DNA of 64,000 nt, from contig OZ218957.1 of assembly GCA_965112735.1 (NCBI GenBank), forward strand, positions 3,534,001 to 3,598,000, written 5' to 3'. Both the position numbers and the translations under genes were made by a program. The notes beneath the pieces are model-generated. The model saw only the letters and a program-made list of their open reading frames with translations. It did no database searches and was not told the origin of the DNA. This stretch comes from Phaeosaccion multiseriatum (taxonomy: Eukaryota; Protista; Ochrophyta, other classes). Position 1 is the stretch's first letter, and each line of letters starts with the position of its first letter. This document shows positions 1 through 12,072 of the stretch, piece by piece.

Positions 1-301
1 CCCGGCCTACTATCTCTCTGAGCTTCTTCTGGGCCCGACCCTGCCTGACCTGGCTCAGCGGCTCTAGCTGCACCAGGGGGGGGGAAAGGAGCCAAATAGA
101 CAAACAATATAATGTCTCATGTTAAGTGCGGCCCTCCCTTAGCCTATTAGCTATCCCAATGGGGAAAAGTTAGTCCTAGATGGTCCCCAGCCGCCGCAGA
201 TCCTTGCCTTAGCTATGATCCGATGGTGAACAAGCAGGTCTGATATATTTTTTTAGGGGACGTAAGTTGTAGACTTGACAGGTCCGCAGTAGTCAGGCTG
301 G

Positions 302-631
302 TCAGTCCCCGCAAGTAGGAGAAGGTTGCTGGTCCACAGAGGTTGGATCCCTTCTCGTGCACGGGCACCGGCACAACGACAATTTCAAAAGTCGTGTCAG
401 TGTGCTCACCGCTGCCAGCAGGTCGATGCTTCTAGAGCCGTGATGAGGCTCTCCCTTTTCGTCTCGCACAGAGTAAAACCTTAGCCGCTTTAAGGGGAGG
501 TTCTCCCCGGGCGACTCGGGCACGATAAATGCGCCAACAGACCAGTGCCAGGCCCTCATTGCGATGACAAAGACAAAGAGCTTCACTGGCCATAGGAGGG
601 TGCGCGTCTTGAACGTTCCTTTGTCCATCAT
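302..631 (-). pseudogene. Ulp1/C48 SUMO-protease-like remnant
   Basis: KLFVFVIAMRAWHWSVGAFIVPE...RLRFYS...VDQQPSPTCG follows the C48 order (beta strand-HW, FYDS, QQxNxxDCG). The Asp is not evident and a stop follows CGD, so it is probably decayed. Confidence 0.5.
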
Positions 632-1679
632 GCGGGGCTCCCCTTCTTTGTCTCCATATTCCTTGAAATGTAGAGTCTCGAAAAGGTACGAAGGTGCGGA
701 GGCCGGCAGAGGTTGTCTATGAGATGCCCTGTGTACCTATCCCCCTTTTGCAATGTGTTGCTCCGGGACCACGGCTCCGTGTGACAGTGATGTGTCCCCT
801 GAGCCTCAAGGAGCCGAAAAGAAGCAACGACGCAAGGGCCAAGAAGATGAGGGGCTGTGTGTGAGGGGGATGGGCGGGGTAACACTGCACATTCAAGAAA
901 GCTGCGGTACTCTCACCTGATTCTGCCATGTCCTCGGTCTCAGGCATGTCAGACGCCTTGCTGGGCTTTGCAGTGACCGCAAAGGCGGCACTGCAGATAC
1001 AAGGAAAAGAGCGGCCGCAGGTGCTTGCTTCAGTGTCTTCAAACCTCCGCTGGCGGCTTCCTTGATACGCGAATCGTCTCTCCTTACGAAAGCCCCGGCG
1101 TCATCTACTGCTTGGTCGTTGATGCTGTCCAAGAGAAGCCCGAGTCATCCCCAAATTCCGTCCGCACGAGGTCTCTTCCTTCTTCTTGAAAAGGGATGCC
1201 TTCTCTTGTGTTGTGTCATACCGACGGTTCGACCTTCTTCCTCCTCCTCCTGCTGCTGCTGCTGCTTTTCTTCGTCTCGCTCGTCTTCGTCGTCGCCATC
1301 GCTCTGACACTCTCTTCCCACTGCTGCTGGCTTCCCTGACCGGCTGAAAAAAATCTGTGCATCTTGGGACCCTGATGAGCACTGGATATGAGCTGGTCAT
1401 CTCCACCGTCGCCGGGCGTCACGCTCGAAGCCCCTTTATTCATGACAAGCTCACAGCATTTGGCCTGAGGACCCTCATGTGCAAAGCCCATCACATTTTC
1501 CTCCAATGATGACAGCTCCCGCTCAAACACTCCCTCAGCCATGCGCGCAGGTGATGAAGTCTTCGAGGCCCACAGAGTGTCCCAGTAGAGAGACTTGCAG
1601 GTCGTAGAGGTCTCGTTCCTTCTCTGTTGATAACAAGAATTGCTTGCAAGGAAGCGGGTGCAAAGTCTTGAAGCCAAAT

Positions 1680-2950
1680 ATGGCAGGCTCTCTTCTCCAA
1701 CACCAACACGACGTGGTGATCATTCCCCCCGACGTCGTCATCATGGCATGGCAAGTCTTCCCCAGGTATGCCTGTACCAGCCATGACTTGCGTGAAAAGA
1801 TGAAAGATCCCATCTATCCTCTCACAGTCCGACGACGGCCGATGGCACTCGATGGCTATTTTCGTTTCATCCCACGTACTGCCAATGCCGAGGCTCTGGC
1901 TGCAGAACCACGCGAAGAATGGAGGATTCAATCGAATCCGAGGTGAACATGGATCTTGTCCCACTTTTGATGCAGCTTATGCTCCAGACGGGGGCTTTGA
2001 AGAGGAATTCATGTGGCATATCAAGCGATGAGGAGGGCCCACACCCTTCGTGCGATTGAGAGCCATACCGGAGACTACCAGCAGCTAAGACTATTCACCG
2101 AGACCATGCAGAACTTATTTGGGCGGCATGCCGTGGAGATGATGCACGGCAGCGAGCAAAGAGAACGGGGCATGGACGGCAGGACGGGAAAGATCAGCAC
2201 CACAACGCTTGCTCGATGCAAGACACGTGCGCTCGTCTACATTTTAACTGCACCAGGTGTGTCAAACTGTAAATGGATGGGAGTGAGGGGGGTGGATGGT
2301 TGAAGTGTTATGCGTTTATCTGGGTGCTCATTGGCTAAACGAGGGAGGCAGGCTGTGGGAGGGGGGAGGGGCTGCATGCTCCTTCACGCACTCCTGCCCT
2401 CTCCCTCTCCCCTTCTCTCGTTTACTGTCCGCACGAACGTTCAGAGGAAAGGGTGGTCAGAAGAGAAGCGTGTCTAAGGAGGAGAAAGCAGTGCGGGACG
2501 CGCAGCTGGAGGGACTGAGAGATGTGGCACAAACTCTGCGGCCTGTCAGGCAGAAGAGAGTCACCGACAATGGGCGTTTCCAGCAAGGCGCAAGACCCCT
2601 CTTCCTCGCTGAGCAGAGCGCGCAGGAGAGCATGGCTGATGATCAAGCTGGGGAAGGGTGGGGGTACGACAGCCAAGAGGAGAAGGCCCCGCTCTATTCC
2701 TGCCCCTGCAAACAAGAAGGAGACGCCGAGCATGCGTTTGCTACTGAGAGCCTACAACGTCTACGTGGTGAAGGCTGCGAGGGGTGCCGATAAGCCGGCC
2801 GTCCTTTCTCGCCCAGCTCATGGAGCATGCTGTCGAGGAGAAGCGGTATGGAAAGGGGGCCGGCAAGCGAGGCAGCAAGCTCATGCCAACTGGATCACTC
2901 AACTGTATCACCAACTGGTACAGGTGGAAGAGGTACGCAAGAAGCCGTGA
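1680..2950 (+). mobile_element. Degenerate Mutator (MULE)-like transposase remnant
   Basis: VAYQAMRRAHTLRAIESHTGDYQQLRLF resembles the MuDR YxxAWRAK...SYxxL segment. Across two frameshifts at about 2750-2785 it reads FATES/YNVYVVKAAR/VPISRPSFLAQLMEH, like the MULE ESxN...AR.PI motif containing the last DDE residue. There are multiple stops and frameshifts. Confidence 0.4.
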
Positions 2951-3449
2951 CCGTGGAGCCCGTTTGGAGAGGTGATGGGCCCGGCGTAGTCAGCTCCCCA
3001 CCTTCCATCTCCTACACTTGCGTCAACGCGGGAGAGTCACGCGCATCTCCTGCGCAAGAAATGTAAGTGGGGCAGGAGAGAGAGAGGGCATGTATTTTCC
3101 CGTCCATCCCCCTCTCTTCTCTCCTCCTCCACACCTCTCTTGACCAGGCTTCTCTCTCCCCCCATAAGCCAGGTGGGCTGACGCAGCTTTCGTGCAAGTA
3201 CCTCGACGTGCGTGTGTGTGTGGACCGACCCTGACCTCCACCGCATCTCGACCTTGTCAAGTGCAGCAGGGGACGTGAGCAGCAGCAGCAGCAGGAGGCC
3301 TTGGGAGAGAGCGGAGGTGCGGTCGGAGTCGCCACACTGTTGGAGGGGGGAGCATGAATCAGCGGTGGAGAGGACCAAGAGTGGCAGGTCAAGGGAGGGG
3401 GGTGGGAGGGCGAGATTCTCTCTGTTCTACTCTGCCCTGCCCTGCTCAG

Positions 3450-5651
3450 GCGGGTCCATCGAGCCGTTCTGGAAGCTGTATGCCTTGCACAACAGCGAAG
3501 ACGTCAAGGGCATCCTCGAGGGGCTCCGCATCGGCACTCTGTCAGAGGAGGATATGGTGAGGGAGGGAGTGGAGAGCGAATGATGAGTAGTGAGAGGGAG
3601 AGAGAGGACAAGGCAAGACGAGAGTGGCCTTCTGTGAATGGTGCATGTATGTACCCGTGCATCCCTCTCCCTGCATGGCCGGGGCATGTCTGCGGAGTGT
3701 GGTGTATCAGCGTGTGCATGAGCTGCCATCTGCCGTGGCGTTGGCGTGTGCATGGGCATGGGGCATGCCGTGGCGTGACGGCGCTTTTGAGGGACGTGAG
3801 GGAAAGCAGGAGAGGAGGCGGAAGGAAAAAAGGCAGCTGAGCCGTCTGTCTCTGCTTCTCCCATTTCTCCGGCGACCCTTTGCGTCACCCCGCCTTCACC
3901 ATCAACTCCGCCAAGCCCTTCAACGCCGAGCCCCCCTCCGAGCTGCTCATCGACGCGGGATTCATCACAGCGAACGATCTGTTCTACGTCTGCCCACCAT
4001 TGATCCGAATACATATGAGGTGGGGAGGAGAGGGGAAGCAAGGAAGGGGGAGGGGGGGGAATTCCTGCCTGGCCTTGCCTCTTCGCCACTCTCCGTCCTT
4101 CCCTCCATCTCCCTCCCTGCCTCCCTGCCTTCAGCTGGAGGTGGGGGGTAGAGGGTTCCTCTAAGCAGCCCCTCAAGCTCTCTTTGGCCGACCTCAAGGC
4201 GAATTACCAACACGTCAAGGTGGTGAGCAGCGTTCAGTGCGCTGGCAACAGACGCAATCAAATGACACCTGTCAAGGCCGTCGCTCAGCCAAGGGCCTCA
4301 ATTGCAGCTTCACTGGCATCAGCACCACCGAGTCTCTGTAGAAGCTGTATCACCAACGTATGCACTGACTCCACTCTCGCTCCCTTCGCCCCTACCCTCC
4401 GCTCCCCCCCCCCCCCATCACAGGAGTGCGCAGGCGTGGACGTTGATGCAGATAGTGACGACGAAGCGCCGGGCAGAATACCTTACCACCTGCTACGGGG
4501 CAGGCAGGGAGACGTGATTCTCGCCTTTGAGATGAACGGAGAGGACGCACGTGCCCAGAGATGACGGTGAGGGGCGTGGGGGGTGGAGTGACTGGGGTCA
4601 GGACAACGACTCTCTGATAGCGCCGACGCCCCCCAACAACATGTGCATTGGGCCGTATGCCCTGTGCTCCTCTTATCGCCCCTCGATTATTGTTGGTATC
4701 GCTCTATGGCAAGGCTTCCCCGTGCGCCTCGTCGTCGCGCCCGGCGTGACGGCCGGGGGCACGCAACGTCAAGTGGCTGGCTGGGCAGGGTGACTGCCAG
4801 CACTGAGGAGAGCGACAACCACGAAGGCTTCAGTCCCAACGGTGAGTGAGTGCCTTCAATTAGACACGCTCCGAAGGTGAAGTGTACATATGCATTCGCT
4901 TGGCCTTGCGCTCTCTCTTTCTTCTCACTTGGCTTGCCCTGACCCTTAGCCTGCCTGCCTTGCCATGTGTCCCCCCCTGTACCTCTTGTTGAACCCGTGC
5001 GCCATACGTGGACTGGGACAACGTGGACTTGGACTCCGCCCCTGCTATTGCTTCAGGAGATGCCCGTCACGTCCGCCATCTGCTCGCTCGCCCACACAGG
5101 TCGGTCAATCAGTCAGTCAGTCAAGGCAGACGTTGCCCCCCGCTGCGGTCTGTCCTCTGTTGGAGGTGAGGGGGGGCGGTGCATCGTGTCCCTTGTACTC
5201 CACTGGGAAGGGTTTAAAGGGAGAATTGTACAGCTCTGTCTACACACACACACAGAGAGAGATATACACACACACATCGAGAGAGGCACACACGGAGAGA
5301 GAGGGAGAGAGCTCCTGCCCGCCTATGCATGTTGCCTCGCTCCCTCCTTCCCTCTCTTACGTCTTGCTTTCGCTGCCTACCCCTTCCTCCCCTCCCCTCC
5401 CCACCGCAGGGCTCAGCGACGGCATCCCCGTGAAGGGCTATGCGTGGAGCGGAGGGGGGGCGTGGTATCGTGAGGGTGGACGTGTCCTCGGATGGGGGGG
5501 GGGGGTGGACACATGGTTCACAGCAAAGCTCAAGCACATGGGTGAGTGGGGAGGTGATGGGAGGGGATGGCAGTTGATGGGCAGAGGAGGTAGACGGACT
5601 CTGCTCTACCATCACGTCACTCTTATGACCCCCCCCCCCGCCCCCCCCCCG

Positions 5652-5687
<36 letters not shown>

Positions 5688-5730
5688 CACTGTCCACAGG
5701 TGAGCGCCACCGAGTCTCCGTCAAGTGGGC
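3450..5730 (+). pseudogene. SUOX: Sulfite oxidase (cytochrome b5 + Moco + dimerisation domains), frameshifted and partly deleted
   Basis: Exon fragments GGSIEPFWKLYALH...RIGTL; KPFNAEPP..L....IT.NDLFYV; VQCAGNRR; DVILAFEMNGE; GFPVRLVVAPG; LQEMPVTSAIC; VKGYAWSGGG. There are frameshifts (about 4160, 4765, 5460), the RNHLPVP motif is absent, and much of the C-terminal domain is missing. Confidence 0.85.
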
Positions 5731-6033
5731 GAATAAAAACTACTTGACTATTAAAGAGCAAGGGCACTGTCCTCACCCAGAGACCCAGGAAGCTTTCCAA
5801 TTGGTCCATACGGGTTGTTCTGGAGGAAGGAGCGGGCCAGTCGGCCCCACAGGTCCTCACCCACCCGTTTGACTCATGTCATACTGCCTACACTAACCAT
5901 CACATTCATACGCCCTTCCCAGCTCGTTGCTACCCCTCCCCGTCCCCTCCACTCCCCGCCCACTTTCACGCCTTCTCGTGGCCTCCCGTCCGCTCTCATC
6001 CCAGCTCGTTGCCCCGCGCCAGTGCTGGTTTGC

Positions 6034-9000
6034 TTACGCGTCGGCCGCCGCTGCTCCTGCGGCTCCTGCGGCGGCTGCTCCTGCGGGCGCGGCATAGGGC
6101 GCGACGTAGGGCGCAAAGTCCGTGCCAAACGTTGTGCTCACACGCCGTCCGCTGTGGGGCACCTTCTTGATGTCCTCCAAGCTGACGTCGCGCTTCTTTC
6201 GGTCCAGCTGGCCGAACTTGACCCCACCCTGCTTCCAGGCCTCGTTGACGGCGTAGTTGAGCACCATCCAGTCGCGCTTCCCTCCCCAGCTAAGGCTGTA
6301 GCACAGCCCCTTCGTCTTGTTGGTGAGCTTGTCACGCTTGAAGCCTGCGTACAAGCCGCCGGTGAACTCAAGCTCCAGGCCTGTGAGGGTCCAAATGGTG
6401 AGGGGCAGAAGCTTCTGCACGAATGTGAGGCCGCCCACGTCGGTAGAGTAAAGGGAGACGTCGTAGCCGACGCACCCCTTCTCCTCCTCCTTCTCCTCCT
6501 GCTCCTCCTCCCCCTTCTTCTCCTCCTTCTCCTCCTCCTCCTCCTCCTCCTCCTCCTCCACCACCACCACGTCCTCCACCACCTTCTCCCACTCCCACTC
6601 CCCCTCCCCCTCCTCCTCCTCCTCCTCCTCCCACTCCCCCTCCACCACCACCTCCTCCCCCTCCCCCACCACCTCCCCCTCCTCCTCCTCCTCCTCCTCC
6701 TCCTCCTCCTCCTCCTTCGTCTCCTCCGCCCCTCCGTCAGGGTGCACCTTCGGGAGCCCCTGCCCCACGCCACCATCCCCATACACTTGGCCGGCGAAAT
6801 TGACGAGGAAGGCAATGGCGAAGGCCTTGCTCTGGAGCACGTCGCCCTTCGGGTGCCCCGCCATAGCGACGAGAGCGAGGAAACGCTTCCGGTAGTCGAA
6901 GGCGCACCTTGAGTGGCTGCGGTCGTTCCCAAAGAGACAGCACAGGCGCAGGTAGATCTGACCAGAAGCGAAGCAAGCCAAACCAGCAGGAACAAGGATG
7001 GCAAAGGAGTCAGGCAACAAGAGGGGGCGGAGGGAAAAGCAGCACTGGGTAGCTACCTGGGGATCGAGGAAGTGGACACCGGCCATTCGGATTCTGCTGC
7101 GATCCTTCCGAAGGCCACCTTTCTTGATGTAGATGGTGCCCGAGGTGCACTTCAAGAACCCGAGCTCCCTGAACAGGCGCAGTTCCGAGGGGCCCTTCAT
7201 AAGGAAGAGGTTGCACGCTTGCATCCGGTTGCACCCGTCGGTGCAGCTCAAGCCCATCAAAGCAGAGAGCGTGAATCTGCCTGCCGGAGAGCTCATGAAG
7301 CTCCCCCAGGAAAAAGCCTCCTCCGTCTCCACTTTGCTTGGGGGGGCTCTTTTCCACAAGTCCATGAGCAAGAGCATCTCGTTGTTGGTAATATTGGCTC
7401 GCCGCATCCACTTTTGGAAGAAGCGTAACGTCACCTGTGGAGTATGTGTGTCGCGGGAGGGTGACAGTCAGGGGCAGCCTCACGTCAGCGCGTCCATTTC
7501 CGTGTTTCTGACGTGTGCGACACGCATCGCCCCCTCTCTATTTTCGTACTCACAATGTTATGCCGCTTGCGCAATTTGTCCAACTCCCGGCCGCCCGACT
7601 CACTGGGTCCTTGGCCCTCGAAGACGGGGATACCCAGGTCTGCCATGGCCTGCGCCACGATGAGTAGAGCAGCCTGGGGGACGCCCTTCTTCTCCCTAAG
7701 GTACCTGAGGAAGCCTCGCCCAGTGGTCCGGTCACGTTCCTCCTCGGAGATGCGCTGCGGCTGCTGCTGCGGTTGCTCCTCCTCCTGCTGCTGCTGCTGC
7801 GGCCCCTCCTGTGGCTGCTGCGGCCCCTCCTGCGGCTGCTGCAGCTGCTGCAGCTGCTCCTGCTGCGGCGGCCCCTCCTGCTGCTCCTGCTGCTCCTGCT
7901 GCTCCTCCTCGTCGACGGCCCCACCCGAACCCCTGGACCTGGTCTGAATGGCGTTCAGCAGCGGTCGGGGGTACGAGATATAGGCTTGGTCCAGGTTGTA
8001 GTGCACGGCACCCTTCCCCCGCAATCCCTTCACCCTGCAGAAATCGCCAAAGGCTCGCCTGCCCCTCACCACGGTGGAGGACTGAAGGCCCTGCTCCTCC
8101 AAGAATTCATTCGAGGGGAGGAAAAATCTGGCCTCATCGCTTTCGCGGGAAGAGGAGCGGTCGGCGCCTTGGGTCATTGGTCGTAGCAGAGCGGCCGACC
8201 TAGTGGCGTCCTTCCTGGAGTCGTTGCTGTCGATCCCCTCTTGCTGGAGGGTGTCGAGGCCTAAGCCAAGAAGAATGTACGCAGAGTCCACCTCCTCCTG
8301 GGCCACACCACTGTCCGTCGCTAAGGTCTTGTCCAAGAGCAGGGCGTTGTGGGCAATCTGCACGGGAGTCATGCTCGGGTTGTACAGGTCGCCGTCGTAG
8401 AAGGGAAGGACGGCCCCATCAAAGTTGCCTTGATTGCTCCGCGCCGCATTCATGCAAATGCGAATGTCGGGGGTCCGTAGGTCCCCATGCCGAGGGTCCT
8501 GCTGCCTCCGCTCCTCCGGGAGTTGTCCCTCGAGCTCCTCCGGCGCCTTGGGCGAGTTCTTGAAGAACTGAATCGCCGCGTTGAGGTCCAGTCTGCCGTC
8601 GGTGCAGTGGGGGAAATGTGGCGCGCCGTCCCCAAGGTCATGTCCGTTACGGTGGCGGAGCCACATGGCCCAGAGGCCTTGCCACCGTGCCCACTCATCG
8701 TGCGCGGCAATCACGAGCACTTCCCCGCAGTAAGGGCACACCACCTGTTTTTTTGTATGCATTGGGTGGCGGAGGGAGTTGGAGCATGCTTGTTTGTTTC
8801 TGGGCCAAGGCGGTACGTAAAAGCAATGTTCAGCAGTCGACCAACCAACCAACCAACCTACCTTCTCGTGGGGTACTTTGCGGATGCTGTGCCGATGGTC
8901 CGCCACAAGTGTCTCCTCCGTCATGCGCCTGGGGTGAGGCATGCTGTCCTTGCCTCCCTCCGTCATCCTCGGTCCCTCGATCAACTTGTTGGCACTCTCC

Positions 9001-12000
9001 CCGCGAGCCTGTGGTAGGAGCGACGTGTGTGTCTTCACCTCAGAGCCAAGACAGCAGACAGTCAAGACAGCACAGCAGCGCAGCAGACAGCCAAAGCACA
9101 CCCACCTCCACCATGAACTTCCCGGCTTTTCTCTGTGACTTGAAAATGCCGTGGTCGCCATTGCGACCCCTCACCAAGACCGCTAGCCGCTCCAGGGCCA
9201 ACCGGTCTTCTTCATTCGGCAGGGCCTCCTTCATCTCCTCCGAGCTCTTGCCCAGCGAAACAGAGCCCTGGGGGGGGGGGGATGGGGGTTGTTGGTGATG
9301 ATGGAACGCGTGGATGAAATATCAAACACAAGCCTTGGCTCACCTCTTCCTGCTGCTGTGGTGTAGAGCGCGCTTTCTTTCGAAGGGGGGGCTCCTGCCT
9401 CAGACAGACGACCAGCACGACGGGGGGGGAGGGGGATGTGCCGTTGGTCTCATTGGCAGTAGGTGCAAAAGGCCTGTGCCGGGCTTGACTCACCTCCTCC
9501 CACCTCCTCCTGCTCTCTCGCGGATGCATTGGGGGGTTGGGGGGGGGCAGCAGCCTGCACGTGCCTCACCTCCTGCTCCTCCTCCCGCGGAGGCCGGGCA
9601 TCCCTCTGTATGTACGGCACACGACATGAGGTAGTACATTCAGCAAATTGGAAAGAGAGGGAAAACGAGAGGGGGGAAATCCGAAGGGCGAAAAAAAAAA
9701 TTATACCGTCAGATTGGGTATCGCTCACCAGGACACCCCAATAATGTCCACGTAATCTCAGCCAATATGAGGGTGGGACGGGGGGACGAGATAGGGAGAA
9801 GGAGAGAGAGGGGGAGGGAGGGGAGAGGGAGGGGACAGAGAGGGAGGGAGAGTCGAGAAGTGGAGCGAGGGAAGGAGCGAGGGAGAGAGACACACAGAGC
9901 GAGACAGAGAGACACACAGAGCGAGAGCGAGCGACAGCCAGAAGCAACAAGAAGGAGCGAAGCGAGGGCTCACCTCGAGGTTGCTCGCTTGGCGAAGGAC
10001 TTGGTCGAGTTCTTGGGCGACTGCGCGCACGTCCCCCCCGAGACGCAGGGTGGAGATGATGGCCGGGGCGCCGTGGAATCGACGGCCGTGATGCAGGAGG
10101 ATACATTGGCCCAGGGGGGTGGGGTGGGCGCGGGCCCGGTTGAAGAAGCGATGTTCCACAGGTGCGGAGGGCTGGTCCCCGGGCTCGCTCGCGTGTTGCG
10201 AGATGAAAACGAGGGGCTTGCCTAGGCACCACTCGATGGCAGCGAGGGACAAGTCGCTCGGGCCAAGAACACACCAATCCCGCCGCAGGTCATCCACCGT
10301 GGCCTTCTTGAGGAGCAATTCATCGGGCTGTCCTTCTCCTTGGGCGGGGTCGAGGAGAGTCTGCAACGTCTTGAGGAGGATCGGGTCTGCTTGCTTCTCC
10401 ACCATTGTCGCAAGGTCCTTGAGCCATGCTCGAACTTCCGCACCAGTGTCCGCTCCTCCACAGATCTCTCGAGCCCAGGCGAAGCCGTCTTCAGGTCCGG
10501 ACGTACGGTTCAGACTCATGGGCGGGTCCTGGAAGAGAGAGAGCCTCTTGGAGCACCTCAGGGCCCAGGCACGCAGCTGGCATCCGTGGCTGGCTGGGAG
10601 GTTCGCAGCGTACGGGTCACCGAGGGGAGCAAGAGGAGTACTAGAAGAAGCATCCGACTCCGGGTCGTCGTAGCTGGCTCGGTCCATGGCCAAGTGCACC
10701 TGGGCTTCGCTGAGTTCGTTCGGCCCAAAGAAGCGAAGCGCGGCAGCGCATGGCGGTGAGGCGTGGTCGGTGTGGTGGTGGTGGAGCAGAAGGAGGCAAT
10801 CTGCGAGGGGCACTTGCGGGCCAGCTCGGGCAGGTGTAAAGAAGCTGTGCCACACCAGTTGGGGGCAGGGCCCGCTCGAGGTGATGAGCACCGCTGGGAT
10901 TTGGAGTTTCCACTCCAGGCATGCCACCAGAGACTCGCACCCCCTCTGGAATGGACAGTCCGGCGAACGGATTGCTGCCGCAGCCCCCTTGAGCAGGTCA
11001 GCATCGGTGGTCTCGTGCTCAAGGCCTCGACATTGGCGGTCAAAGTGGCGCAGCGTGGTCACCAATCGATTGACCCGGGGCTGCTCCGGCCGCAGGCCGT
11101 CCACCTCGTCCGCCAGCTCGATGCGGAAACCACGGGCTTCTACCTCCGTCAGTTTCGCATCAAAGCCCCTCACGCTGCGCAGAGCCGCATACACCATCGC
11201 GTCCGGCCCGGGCGGCCCCTCGTACAGGTCCATCCCGTTAGCGACCAGTATCTGGGAGATACGATGCTGCCACTTAGCAAGCCCGGTGACTCGAGGTGCT
11301 GCTGCCGTGCTGCTTCCCGCGCTTCCCGTGCCCCGCGGCTGCTGCTGGTCGTTGTCGGCGTTCTGTTGGGCGGAGCGAGGGGCCGAGAGTGAGAGCAAGT
11401 TCTCGTCAGCAAGCAAGCAAGCAGGGATCTAAACCATTATTAGCGCCTCCACAGCAAACAAAGAATACGCTTTCTCACCTTGTGCTCCTCTTCACCCCCG
11501 TCACTGCTGCCGTGCCTCGATCTTTCTGGTGACTCAGCAGCCATAATTGCCGCTCCCCCCGGGCCCCCGCCGGGCGAGCCCCCTGCTCCTCCGCGCTGAT
11601 GGTGGTCGTTCTCGGCGTCCTTTGGAAGAAGGCGGAGGTTGGGCGGAGGGAGGGCGGAGGGAGGGCAAATTCTCGTCAGCAACAAGGCCCTCGACTCGCT
11701 CGGCCGCTCACAGCCACGCGGGCCACACACCGCGCCGGGCCGGACCCGCCCAACGCCGACCAACAAGAAGCAAAGCACAAGCAAGCAAACAAAACCAAAA
11801 ATACACGGTCCTCCTGGCTGTGGCTGGCTGGGAGAGGACGCGCATTCCGCCCCACGGTCTTACTTTCTTACCCTGTGCTCTTCTCTCCCGTCGCTGCTGC
11901 CCCCGTCGCTGTTGTTGCCGTGCTCCGCATCGACCTCGTCGTCGCTGCTCGTGTCCATGACTATGATGGGAATGGTGGAACTTTCTGGGGGGGCGGGTTC

Positions 12001-12072
12001 TGTCCTGATCCACTGGACTTCATCGTCGTCGCTGCTTTGCTCCCCTCCTCCATGGCCGCGTGCCGCCGCCAT
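6034..12072 (-). CDS. Multi-exon ~1550 aa protein: 2x OTU-like, C2H2-like finger, unknown shared domain, two-motif LAGLIDADG endonuclease (gene A)
   Basis: Predicted phase-0 GT-AG exons 12072-11872, 11619-11479, 11362-9974, ~9605-9570, ~9395-9345, ~9267-9106, ~9008-8862, 8744-7554, 7434-7057 and 6957-6034 join into one open frame. Motifs LSALMGLSCTDGC and FLVNFAGQVYGDGGVG, then VSLYSTD...FVQKLL...CYSLSW...LDRKK. Confidence 0.75.
6200..7290 (-). other. Two-motif (monomeric, DOD-type) LAGLIDADG endonuclease domain
   Basis: Motif 1 at ~7231-7269 (LMGLSCTDGC) and motif 2 at ~6763-6810 (FAGQVYGDGG) both retain Asp. The beta/alpha pattern after each motif fits the fold. There is a 99-nt in-frame intron at 6958-7056. 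Confidence 0.75.
6481..6718 (-). repeat. (GAG)n-rich microsatellite encoding a poly-Glu insertion
   Basis: (CTC/TCC)n on the + strand, in frame within the last exon of gene A. Confidence 0.9.

Noticed and set aside
2730-2830. piggyBac-like C-terminus (RAYNVY...SFLAQL)
   Set aside because: The frameshift-corrected ESYN...AAR.PI reading and the upstream motif fit MULE better; both calls are weak.
6200-9000. Intein around the LAGLIDADG domain
   Set aside because: No recognisable HINT N-terminal block or terminal HN-[CST], and no split host protein.
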